Assembly: GCA_051294375.1 (NCBI GenBank) | Contig: CM119266.1 | Coordinates: 8,748,089-8,796,595, forward strand | Length of the DNA: 48,507 nt | DNA from: Paraspadella gotoi | Lineage: Eukaryota > Animalia > Chaetognatha | Direction: 5' to 3' | In this document: positions 1 through 10,138 of the stretch, one piece after another | How positions within the stretch are numbered: position 1 is the first letter of the stretch | Layout: each line of letters opens with the position of its first letter | The notes under the pieces: generated by a model | Told to the model about the DNA's origin: nothing | What the model saw: only the letters and a program-made list of their open reading frames with translations | The model's database searches: none | Translations under genes and position numbers: made by a program

Positions 1-77
1 GGTAAGCAACTAAGTAAGTAAGTCAATATCATTATATTTATTATATTATACGATAAAGTGTTAATTTGTTCTCATAC

Positions 78-154
78 CTAAAGGCCTCGGACGAAGGAAG
101 GGAAGGCTCACGCGTCGCCATCTCGAAAAAGATTTCCCCGAATCGCTTCATCGA
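78..154 (-). CDS. PICK1: PICK1 exon 7 (numbered within this window), BAR domain; the gene continues beyond the left edge
   Basis: The minus strand reads caacag|TCG ATG AAG CGA TTC GGG GAA ATC ... GAG GCC TTT AG|gtatga = SMKRFGEIFFEMATREPSLPSSEAF. This resembles PICK1 AFGDVFSVIGVREPQPAASEAF (recalled human sequence). The phase 0 entry matches exon 6. Confidence 0.88.
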
Positions 155-299
155 CTGTTGTTGTTGTTGNNNNNNNNNNNNNNNNNNNNNNNNNNNNNNN
201 NNNNNNNNNNNNNNNNNNNNNNNNNNNNNNNNNNNNNNNNNNNNNNNNNNNNNNNNNNNNNNNNNNNNNNNNNNNNNNNNNNNNNNNNNNNNNNNNNNA

Positions 300-334
<35 letters not shown>

Positions 335-343
335 ATTCTGCTT

Positions 344-379
<36 letters not shown>

Positions 380-789
380 ATNNNNNNNNNNNNNNNNNNN
401 NNNNNNNNNNNNNNNNNNNNNNNNNNNNNNNNNNNNNNNNNNNNNNNNNNNNNNNNNNNNNNNNNNNNNNNNNNNNNNNNNNNNNNNNNNNNNNNNNNAG
501 ACGGCTCGACTTTTGTTCGCAACTTTCCCCCCCCTACTTTTCCAGTCATCGACCTCGTCAAGTCAGTCATCCGAAAAACCCATTTAAGGAGATATAGCCA
601 AAAAAAACGTTGCTTAACCTAATCGCATTTCAAGTTGTTGTTGTTGTTGTTACTGTTTTCGTCATATTCTACGTCGTTGCCATGGTCACTGCGACCGCGG
701 TCTTAAAGTCGTCGTTACGTCATCTTCGTCTTAATCGTCGCTATTCTTGTCGTCGTCGTCGTCGTCATCGTCATCATCGTCATCCTCAC

Positions 790-916
790 CGCGGCGTGGT
801 GATAAGATCGCAGCGCCAGTTTCCACAGTCGCGTCGTGAATTCGCGATAGAGTTGTCCTTTCGTCTCCAGCGTCTTTAGTTTCGCGACGAGGTCGTCGTT
901 ACACAAGATGGCGCGA
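790..916 (-). CDS. PICK1: PICK1 exon 6, linker and start of BAR domain
   Basis: ttcag|T CGC GCC ATC TTG TGT ... GCC GCG|gtgagg = (S)RAILCNDDLVAKLKTLETKGQLYREFTTRLWKLALRSYHHAA. SRAILCND is a PICK1 hallmark motif. Confidence 0.93.
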
Positions 917-1329
917 CTGAAGTTTTGAAGAAATCGGGGAGGAAAGGGGGGAGGGAGCGGACGCGGAAGGGAACATGGGGAGCGCGCGGAGCTGAAAGGT
1001 ATACGTGGGAAGAGCAAACAAGTGAGGGAAAGGCAAGCGAAGGTAATTGTGGAAAAGAAAGGGGCGGGCGCGTAAATGGCGCCGCGGGAATTTTGCGGGC
1101 GCTGTACTCAAATGGCGGAAAGATTAAAATCGTATTAAATTCGAGTTTTGACGAAAAGAGTGGAGGGAGGAGGGGAGGAAGCCCTTGTGAAGGGTTCGGT
1201 CGATAGTATGTATAACTTTAAAATTTTGTTGTTGATGTTAAAATATTATTCTAGAAACGAGAATTCTCTGCGCATTAAAAAAATTCAACATTTCATATAC
1301 TATAGGTCGGGTTCAAATGCCTGACTGAC

Positions 1330-3140
1330 ACTTAGAATGAACCAAGCAAAATTGCAAACGCGATTGAGAGAGCCAGAAAGATGATACAGGGGAAAGGTAA
1401 AAAAACACTATGAAGAGAACGCACGAATTCCGAGAGGAGAAGTAGAACATCTGAAAGAGCTTGTATCCAATTACGTGGTATAATTATGGCATGTGATATA
1501 GAGAGGAGAAAATAGTCAAACCAAGCCAGGCGGAAATGCACTACTCATCTCCGGAGATTTCAAACCTCTTTTTAACTATAGAAATGAAAGGGAAAAGTTT
1601 ACAAACTTAAATTGCAAACGGATTGCTATATGTTCCTGTTACAGAGCGACTTCCGAATTTTCCGATTCTGATAGCTTTGGTGTCTGAAGAGCTTGTCCTA
1701 TTTTTTCTTTTTTCAATTTTTACTAATGATTCTTGACATAAAATGATCAGGTTTAAATGAAATAGTCCGGTTTGGAATCGCGAAATTTTATTTTAAAAAA
1801 AGAAATTAAAAAGGAAGGTTTGAGAAAAAAATGATTTTTCCTAATATCTTTTGGAGGAATAAAGATAAAGGGATGGTAATAGTACCAAAATGAAGCCTAT
1901 TCAATAGGGCACATAACAAGATACAATTATAGAATTACTTATGCTGAAACCTCCTTACAGGGTAAGTTGTCAAACTAAAGTCAAAAATATAAAATGAAAT
2001 TTTTAAAACTAATGACACCCCATAGAATAAATGAAAATTAATTCTTTTTTAATGATTCTGAAAGAAACAATGACTATTGTACTCTAGTAAGAAAAACTTA
2101 GTTTTTTGGATAAAGAAAATTTGTGAATTTTTTGTCAACTTAAATATTTGCTTGTCTGATTTTACAAGCATGCTTAAAAATTCGACAAAAATATTATTCA
2201 CACCATCACAGCATAAGTATTTATCTTTCTTTTCCACCCAAAAAGGTAAAACAAATTTTATTTTATTGCTAGAGAACAGGATGTTTACTGAAATGAGCCG
2301 GAAGAACATCAACTTCTTCACTTTTACTGTCATTTTTTCAATAATAAATGGCGATTTTTAATTATTTAAACTCTCACAGGCTTCACAAGACATTATACTT
2401 TTTATAATATCCCAATGTTAAGTAATTTATTATATTTTTACCACAGAAATTCATGAAATAAGAAAGTTGTGGATTCCTTGCTCGTTTAAAGAAAAAAATA
2501 ACTAGCGAATTATAAGTTTTTGTAAGAGGAAGTCAGAATCGGCAAAAAATCTTAAAAAGGCTGAGAATGTTGAAAAAAAAGGGGTGGAATTTTGATGGGT
2601 TTCCTAAGATTTCTCCACAATGTTGAGAATCCGATAAAGCGAAACTTGAGATTTACAAATATTCCCGTCATTCCACATCTATCGATATAAATATAAGAAA
2701 AAAGTCACTGGCTCTTTTTTCTATAGGCGGCTCCTAATTTCTTTTTGATTAGGGAAAGGGGAAAAAGAATTAATTTGATGTGAGATCCGTGGGAGGAATT
2801 TAATGATTAAAAGAGGGAGAGAGAGAGAGTTTTAATAAAAGCAGTTTAATAATGAATGAGGATATTTATTTTAAAAAATTAATACTACAAATTGGTAAAA
2901 ATTGTTTTTAAATTTCATCAGCGTTAACTCAATAAAAAAACAAATTTGTGTATCAGCGCATCGCTATGACATCTCTAGGATATCTTGCACGTTACTTGGA
3001 AAAAAACAACAAAAGGCTTCATAATTGACGCGTTTCTTTTCTATTTCAAATCAAATTGGAATAAGACTAAGTAAACAATACTTTGTACTTTGCCTATTGG
3101 GCTGAATAAATTTTTGTCTCAAAGAAAGTATTTTTTAAAA
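1330..3140 (+). mobile_element. Possible highly decayed non-LTR retrotransposon (LINE) remnant in the PICK1 intron
   Basis: Non-repetitive stretch with broken + frames: PGGNALLI..IAICSCYRA (~1525-1650) and LLMILDIK* (~1720) are APE-endonuclease-like. ILFTPSQH (~2190) is like the RT QxGF region. FFS..WNK (~3030-3065) is like the CR1/L2 C-terminus. The order is right but the matches are weak and by eye. Confidence 0.3.
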
Positions 3141-3430
3141 AATTTAATATTTAAATTTATTACAATAACTTAATATTACTCTCTCTATATCGGCGCGTTG
3201 TCAGCCAGAAGAATGTTCTTCGAGTTGTATAATTTTATAAGCACGNNNNNNNNNNNNNNNNNNNNNNNNNTGAATCGTAATGGGGGTTTTAGAGGAAAAC
3301 GGAAAAAAACGGAACCAGGACGAGATGGCAAGGATGGTGTATCAGTGAGATGGTAAGAGGGACCTAATGAGATGGCTCGAGAAGACGAGAAAGCTGGGGA
3401 AATGGCAATGATGGAGGGGGAAGAAGAGCG

Positions 3431-3495
<65 letters not shown>

Positions 3496-4119
3496 TGAGA
3501 GAGAGATTTTCGCCGTCTCGAGACTTCGGTTGCGCTTTTTTAAGCGGAACGGACCCTCTTCAAATCATCGGCTTCGTTTCCTTGCTTAACCCTTTTCTTC
3601 GTCGCGAGAAACGCGGTTTGAGTCCCAGGATAGAGGCTCCCCCTACCGCCAGGACATTTCTCTCCCCCCGGGTCTTCTCTTTTCCCTCTCAACGTCTCCT
3701 CCTCCTCCTCCTCCCCTCGTCGTCCCCTCCTCCTCATCCCCGAGTCACGGATCGGGTCTTGGAGATCGGCTTCACAATACACTTCACGTCTCTCGGTCTT
3801 CCTTCTCCTAATTTTTATGTCCCCTTGCTCCCTTTGTTTAACCTGTTTTCCTAAATTACCATCACATACTTAGTATTACTTACCTCTCTTCCCTGACGAG
3901 AGCATAGATAGAGACTAACCAATAGATAGATACATACCTTCAGAGACTCTTGCCCTGACAACCCTTGGACTAGACTTCCTTGGCTCGACGCCTCCTCTGC
4001 CCGTTCCACTTTTTCCTGAAGCCTGCCGCTGCCCGCACCGCCTTTTCCGCCGCCGCCTGCCCCACTTTTCCCCGGCTGCCCTACCACCTTTTCCCACGCT
4101 GCCCGCTCCCCTCACTTGC

Positions 4120-4189
4120 CTGAGCCCCAAAAGATCGGCGGTCGAAGGCTGCATCTTCTCTACGATTCGATGCTTCACTTTCTTCACCG
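4120..4189 (-). CDS. PICK1: PICK1 exon 5, PDZ-BAR linker helix, with a GC donor
   Basis: cctccag|CG GTG AAG AAA GTG AAG CAT ... GGG CTC AG|gcaagt = (A)VKKVKHRIVEKMQPSTADLLGL(S). Compare human LKKVKHRLVENMSSGTADALGLS. Confidence 0.93.
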
Positions 4190-4965
4190 CTGGAGGAAAG
4201 GAGGAAGGAAAGAAGAAAGGAAAGGAGGAAGGAAAGGAGGAAGGAAAGAGGGAAGGAGGAAGGAAAGGAGGTAGGAAAAGAGGAAAGAAAGGAGTAAGAA
4301 AAGAAGGAAAGAAAGAAGAAAGGAAAGAAGGAAGGAAGCAAGGAAGGTATGAAGAGAGAAAGGGAGGGCAGAAAGTAGGGGAAAAGAAAAGAGAGAAAGA
4401 AGAAAGGAAAAATGAAGACGGAACAAAAGAAGAGAAGAAATAAAGAAAGGGGAAAAGAAAGAAGGAAGGACAAAAGGGAAAAAGAAGGAACGAAAAAAGG
4501 AAAAGAAAGAAGGAAATAAAGAAAGGAAGAAGGAAAGAAATGAAGTAAAAAAAGGGGAAGATGAAAGTAAGAAGGAGAGATTAAAAAGAAAGGGAATTAG
4601 ATGTATAACGAAAGTAATGGTAGAATTCAGGGTAAAAATGAATAAAATCTAAAATTGAAATAAAAAAAAGAGCAAAGGAATTTACAGATGACACGGGAAC
4701 GAAAAAAAAGTAACTATGAACCAAAAAAAAAATATCAAACAAATAATAATGGAAATGATAAAGAACGAACCGCAAGCTTCAACGAAAACACGGTTATTAA
4801 ACCAAAGATCCATCCAAAAAACGGAGAATGCTATTTTTAGCGACGGGGACGAACGGGGATATAATTAAAAGATGAACAATGAAGTAAACTAAAACAAAAC
4901 AAAAACAAAAGACGACCCCGAATAAAATTTCCTCTCCCCCCCCCACCGCCCCCCTCTTTCCTCAC

Positions 4966-5072
4966 CGATCTCGACGGATGCGCCCAACAAATTCGAGTCC
5001 AGATTGCAGTTTGTTGTAGTAGAATTCTGACTCCGCCGCTGACTGGCGTGATATGTGACGGGCCAGTTCCAC
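4966..5072 (-). CDS. PICK1: PICK1 exon 4, end of PDZ domain; this copy has four 1-nt insertions
   Basis: caaccag|GTG GAA CTG ... GAG ATC G|gtgagg. It is 107 nt here but 103 nt and in frame at 37582-37684 (VELARHIHALSGGVRIHYNKLNLDSNLLGASVEI), which contains the PICK1 IHYNKL motif. Confidence 0.88.
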
Positions 5073-5324
5073 CTGGTTGTGAGAGGCGAGGGTTGGGAAA
5101 AAGGAAGGGTGGATGGATCAAAATGGATATCTCACTATGTTGTTATGTTGTAATTTATCTGTATGTTTGTTGTGTGTGTGTGTGTGTGTGTGTGTGTAAT
5201 GTGTATCTCTCTGTATCTGTTACGCCATTTTCTATCTTCATAGTCATCGTCAGTATTTTTTATTTGTTGTCTCGTTTTTCTCCTTACTTTCTTACTGTTT
5301 CCTTTCTTACTGTTTCCTTTCTTT

Positions 5325-5418
5325 TTTTCTTTTCTTTTCTTTTCTTTTCTTTTCTTTTCTTTTCTTTTCTTTTCTTTTCTTTTCTTTTCTTTTCTTTTCT
5401 TTTCTTTTCTTTTCTTTT
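5325..5418. repeat. (TTTTC)n microsatellite; representative of many (GA)n, (AAAG)n, (GGAA)n, (AAAT)n, (GT)n and (GTT)n tracts in the window
   Basis: Directly visible tandem TTTTC. These tracts produce the poly-SL, poly-RE and F/L/S-rich ORFs. Confidence 0.95.
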
Positions 5419-5666
5419 ATTTCTCCTTTTCTTTTTTAATCTTATCTTTTTTCTTTTATTTTATTTTTTCTTCTCGTCATTTTCTTCCTTTTTTCACACT
5501 TTATATCTTACTTAATCCTCTCTATTTCTCTGTTTCACTCCCCCATCTCTCTCTCTCTCTCTCTCTCTCTCTGCTCCCTCCAACTTCTCTCTCCCTCCCT
5601 ATCCCGTCCCTCCCTCCCCCTCTCCCTCTCCATCTCTCCCAAATATCCCCACCCTCTCAATCCGAC

Positions 5667-5762
5667 CTTAGTCATCCCTTTGACCGTCTTTCCATTGATG
5701 CCCGTAATTTCGTCTCCGGATTCCAAAGTTCCATCGAGGGCAGCTGGGGTTCGATCGAATAC
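5667..5762 (-). CDS. PICK1: PICK1 exon 3, PDZ core
   Basis: cgtcag|GTA TTC GAT ... ACT AAG|gtcgga, 96 nt = VFDRTPAALDGTLESGDEITGINGKTVKGMTK. Compare human VFDNTPAALDGTVAAGDEITGVNGRSIKGKTK. Confidence 0.95.
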
Positions 5763-5832
5763 CTGACGCCGGGAGAGATTTGAGAGAGAAATCCAGCGAA
5801 GGAGGTGGGAGGTGGAGAGAAAAGGGGGAGAT

Positions 5833-5909
<77 letters not shown>

Positions 5910-6171
5910 TAGAAGAGAGGGGGGAAGAGATTTTTTAAAAGAAAATGAGAAACCAAAAGTAGAAAAAATGAATGAAAAAATGAATGAATGAGTGAATGAC
6001 TGAATAAATTAATGGGTGAATGAATAGATGGATGGAAGATATAAAAATAAAAACAAACATACAAACTAATAAAAACGAAAAGGCACACTGATAAAAAAAG
6101 ACTGAAAGCGACAACATATATGTATATTATTTAAGAACTACATGGATCTGTTAGATTAAATATTCTCACAC

Positions 6172-6244
6172 CTGGACGACGTAGAGAGAGGGACAGGGGA
6201 ATCCGCCCCCGATGCTGATTCCGATGTTATTGTTCGAATCCTTC
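6172..6244 (-). CDS. PICK1: PICK1 exon 2, PDZ carboxylate-binding loop
   Basis: ctgac...gattag|G AAG GAT TCG ... GTC CAG|gtgtga = (R)KDSNNNIGISIGGGFPCPSLYVVQ. Compare human KDAQNLIGISIGGGAQYCPCLYIVQ. Confidence 0.9.
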
Positions 6245-6394
6245 CTAATCTCCGCCGTAAAGTGAGTCAGGGGGCAAGGCGTGGAAAGAGTAGATGAGAG
6301 AAACGTTTACAAAGAAACTTAGATGTTGAAGGGCGAATAAGAAACAATAAAAGACGAAAAATAAGAGAAGGTAAGGAGCCAAAAATTAAAAGCA

Positions 6395-6726
6395 AAATAG
6401 CGAATTCGGCTGACGACTAAAATTTAAAAACAAAACTTTGAATCGGACTAAGTTTTAAAAACAACAATTTAAAAAGAAACAGTAAATCAGACTGATTTTT
6501 AAAAACAAAACAGTGAATTCAGCTAAGATCTAAAAACAAAACTAGAATCCGGCTAATATTTAAAAACTAAACAGTGAATTCAGCTAAGATTTAAAACAAA
6601 ACAGATAATCCAGCGAATATTTAAAAACAAAACAGATAATCCGGCTAATATTTAAAAACAAAACAGATAATCCGGTCAATATTTAAAAACAAAACAGTGA
6701 ATCCGGCTAATATTTAAAAACTAAAC
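6395..6726. repeat. ~30-bp minisatellite in PICK1 intron 1 (also ~35937-36240 and ~44220-44523, reverse complement)
   Basis: About ten degenerate units of AAAACAG(AT/TG)AATCCGGCTAATATTTAAAAAC. Confidence 0.85.
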
Positions 6727-6730
6727 TGAC

Positions 6731-6786
6731 CGCAAAACTACTGATCCTCCCAAAGTCATCGTGACGCCGGAAAGAGGAGAAGAATA
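6731..6786 (-). CDS. PICK1: PICK1 exon 1 (first identifiable); ATG at 6759, possibly an internal exon
   Basis: ttctccag|TAT TCT TCT ... ACG ATG ACT TTG GGA GGA TCA GTA GTT TTG CG|gtcagt. The phase 2 join to exon 2 gives MTLGGSVVLRKD, which aligns with the first PDZ strand (human VPGKVTLQKD). Confidence 0.7.
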
Positions 6787-7774
6787 CTGGAGAAAAGTTT
6801 TTAAGAAAATAAAAATAAATCGGCTCACGAATGTAGTTTAAAAATTTAAAAATAAATTCATTCTTTGTTTAATTACGGAATTTTTAAGATTACAAAGTCT
6901 CCGAGAAACTTCGGAAATTTCTAAAAATATATTCGGGTTTTCCATTTTGAAAAAAAAAAAAAATTCGAAGGTCCTCGGAATTTTTTAATAAGTCTATAGT
7001 TTTTTTTTTAATAATATAACAAAACGTCGCAAAATTCTGTATTACTCGGCCGTAGCGGGGATTAACTATCGAGAATTTTAGGACACGAATTTTCAATAGA
7101 ATTTGCAGTTTGTTACTCTTTTTAAATAAATTAAGATATAATTACTAAAAAGTCTAAAATGTATTCCTTAATCGATCGGTATAATTCTTCTCGACAGCCG
7201 CACGAATTTCTTAACCTCCTTCGAGCCCTTAATGAGGCTTTTTAAAAGGAAATCTCGATCCCGACGCGTTTAAGGCGGGGGACGGGTGTAGCGGGTGGGG
7301 GGGAGTTAGACACCGCAGCGGGCAATCTCCGAGAATCTAGAATTCCGAACGGAAACACTCCTAAGTGGGTCTCTTCGGGCTCTCTTTTCCGAGAGTGCCC
7401 CATTTCTGTTCGTTATCTAGGAGTTATAATTTAACCATAATATTTAACCTAAATTATTTTTAAAATTTGTGTGATGATCCTTTTAATTTGTTACATAATT
7501 AGATTTAGTGAAAAGAATATGAATTTGATTCTGCAACAAATTTTTATTTTTAATAGAAAACGGAAATGTTGAAGGCTTAAAATTAAAAGCTAAAATATAT
7601 TTATTTTTTAAAGAAAATAAAAATTTGTTATTAAATCAAATTCATACTTTTTTCATTAAGTTTTTAAATTTATAAATTAACCCTTAACTTTATCTCTAAT
7701 TTCTAACCATAACCTTTAACCCCAAAGACTAGTTATGAACCCCAATCGCTAATCCTAATAAAAAAAGCCAAGTC

Positions 7775-7975
7775 TTTAACCCTAAACCTGAACCTTAATC
7801 CCTAACCTAATCCTTAAACTTTAACCTAATCCTTAACCTTTAACCTAATCCTTAACCTTTAACCTAATCCTTAACCTTTAACCTAATCCTTAACCTTAAA
7901 CCTAATCATTAACCTTTAACCTAATCCTTAACCTTTAACCTAATCCTTAACCTTTAACCTAATCATTAACTTTAA
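7775..7975. repeat. 19-bp telomere-like compound minisatellite (also ~34670-34862 and ~42953-43145, reverse complement)
   Basis: About nine units of CTTTAACCTAATCCTTAAC, i.e. TTAGG-TTAAAGG-TTAAGGA on the other strand, with degenerate CCTAA flanks. Confidence 0.9.
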
Positions 7976-8171
7976 AAAATTAACTTTATTCCTAATTTAA
8001 GATAAAACGGGGCGTTATTGGAAAATAAGGCCGGATTGGGTTTCTCTCGTGCCGTAAACTTTACCGCGACCAGACCTGAAACCACAAACTCACCCTCAAT
8101 TCCAATGGCGGTTGGTTGCACGTACACCCCTCTTCCCTAATGTATCNNNNNNNNNNNNNNNNNNNNNNNNN

Positions 8172-8961
8172 CACACGCACCGACGAGATGAAGTCAAAGC
8201 GCAACTGGAGATTTGCACGGTCGAAGCTGATGGACAAAGGCGACGCCTTGGGCGCAAGGGCTACAACACCTACGAGAGAAGATTCAGGGTCACAAGCAGG
8301 TGAACACGGAATACGTTGTCAGTGGTTGTTTTATTCTCATTTGCATTTTGCGGTCAATTCTTACTTTTTTCTCACTTTCGGATACAGTTATCTATCTTCT
8401 TTCGCTCCTCAATCTCTCTCGACGTACGTGATCGCTCAGTTAATTCACGCATCTTTCTGTGCCAATTCTATTGAAAAAAAAAACACATTTGATTCTTTAA
8501 GAATAATAATTACAACACTCTGAGATTTGAGTTGAAATTAATTTTAAAAATCTTTATAATATCATCATACAAAATAAACCGTTCCACTTCAGAAGCATTA
8601 AAATTTCAAAAAGATATTAAGACATTTTACATATGTTATTCGTCAATCCGTCGTTTTTTTAATAATAATCTTTACAAAAAATCGGCTACCGCGTTTCTTG
8701 ACAAACCACGCCAAACCAAAATGATCGTGGCAAACTCGCGATTCGCACGTTCTCCTCGCCACTCACCCCACAATCGCCCTCTCTGCTCTCTCTCCTCTGT
8801 TATCCGTTTACAAAGTTACGAACCAATCTCTCTCTCCTCTCTCTCTCTTTCTTTCTTCTCTCTCTCTCTCTCTCGTTTACGACGTTTAACCCGAATCCAA
8901 CTCTCTCTCCTCTCTCTCTCTCTCTTCTCTCGTTATTTTGTTTACGAAGTTTACGAACAAA

Positions 8962-8994
<33 letters not shown>

Positions 8995-8999
8995 CTCTC

Positions 9000-9031
<32 letters not shown>

Positions 9032-10138
9032 GTTACTCCGTTTCTTTGGAGAATAAAATTCATTCTCGATTTTAACGCTTAATCATCTCTGCCAAACAGG
9101 ACACCAATTTCTCTGACCTTACCTCCCTAAATTCAGGGCAAACTCAACAGCTTCCGTGCTGGGCAGAGATTCGGAACAAAGACAAGAAATAGACGCGGTG
9201 CTGGGCAAGGTGGAGCGAGTGTGGCTTCCTGGGCCGCTGAAGACAAAACTGCGGGCAAGTGGCTCGTCCGCAGGACGGAGTCGCGGACGAAATTCACGTT
9301 ATTATCAAACCGAAACGCGGAAGGTTGGAATGATTGGAGTGATGGTTTAGGATGTTGTTGGGAGTGTCGCGGCGACTCGTGCGGGGATGTGGGGGATGTG
9401 GGGGGAATTTGCGGTGACTGGTCATGGGGAATGCAGGAATGAGAGGATTGTGGGAAGGTGGGGCATGTTGACATTTGGCCGGATCAGTGTGTGGTGACAC
9501 CTTAATTGGAATATTAGCTTTCAATTTTGAAAAACGGAAAAATGACCAAAAAGGAAAATAAAGAATAGTTTGTATGTAGGGGAATTGTTAGCGACCGCTG
9601 ATGGAATAGAACTTTACTATTTGAGGTGAGCCTTTCCATCCTGCTAAGTCATTGAACAGACACGAAGGATAGGCGTTCGTGCATGTACCGCCACAGCCAA
9701 GCCCGAAAGTCAAAATCTTCGGTGAATATTCTGACTCATTCACATCCCCCCGCTCATCATCTCACCTCTGAAGGCTCGACCGCCCCTTCCGAGTATCACC
9801 GTGAGGCCACCGATCCCCGGATGTACCTTCTTCGGCCTCCGCGCCCAACACATCACACAGTCTTCGTCTCCGCCGCTCACCGAGGGGAACGACCGCCAAT
9901 CCTGGCGCGTGGCGGAGCGCGCAGAGGACGCTGGCGAAGAGGCAAGACCCAGTTTTGGGGGAAGAACTTGAAGAGTTTCGGAGGGAGTCGGGGGAGGGGG
10001 GGCCAGGAGAGAGGGGGCGAGGGGAGGGGTAATGAGCAGGAGGTTACGCACAGTACACTCTTACTATTGCTTAGCAGGCATAGTCCTTATGTTCGTTTTT
10101 CTTTTTGTTTTTTCTTGGTGCATATTTTGAACAGATAA
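8172..10138 (+). other. Candidate 3' exons of an unidentified gene: 8172-8299, 9137-9323, 9580-9625, 9660 onward. Mirrored at 26723-28689 on the - strand
   Basis: GC-balanced, repeat-free blocks bounded by splice-like signals (CAG|gtgaac, ttcag|, AAG|gttgga, gtag|, GAG|gtgagc, aacag|) with open frames; AATAAA near 10519. The reading frame is ambiguous and I recognise no homologue. Confidence 0.3.

Noticed and set aside
1303-1330. GGTTCAAATGCC as a tRNA/SINE B box
   Set aside because: No A box or cloverleaf is visible upstream.
6245-6284. Longer exon 2 (PCPLTHFTAEIR) with a possible AC acceptor or U12 intron
   Set aside because: There is no U12 donor or branch consensus. The canonical AG at 6246-6245 gives a correct phase and a better alignment (GSVVLRKD).
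7775-7975. True chromosome end or hairpin telomere explaining the palindrome
   Set aside because: The repeat is internal and flanked by unique sequence on both sides in all three copies, and the fold point is elsewhere.
8188-8240. WRFARSKL, resembling a TRP-channel TRP box (EWKFAR)
   Set aside because: Short match lacking the usual flanking residues; no transmembrane exon in view; frame uncertain.
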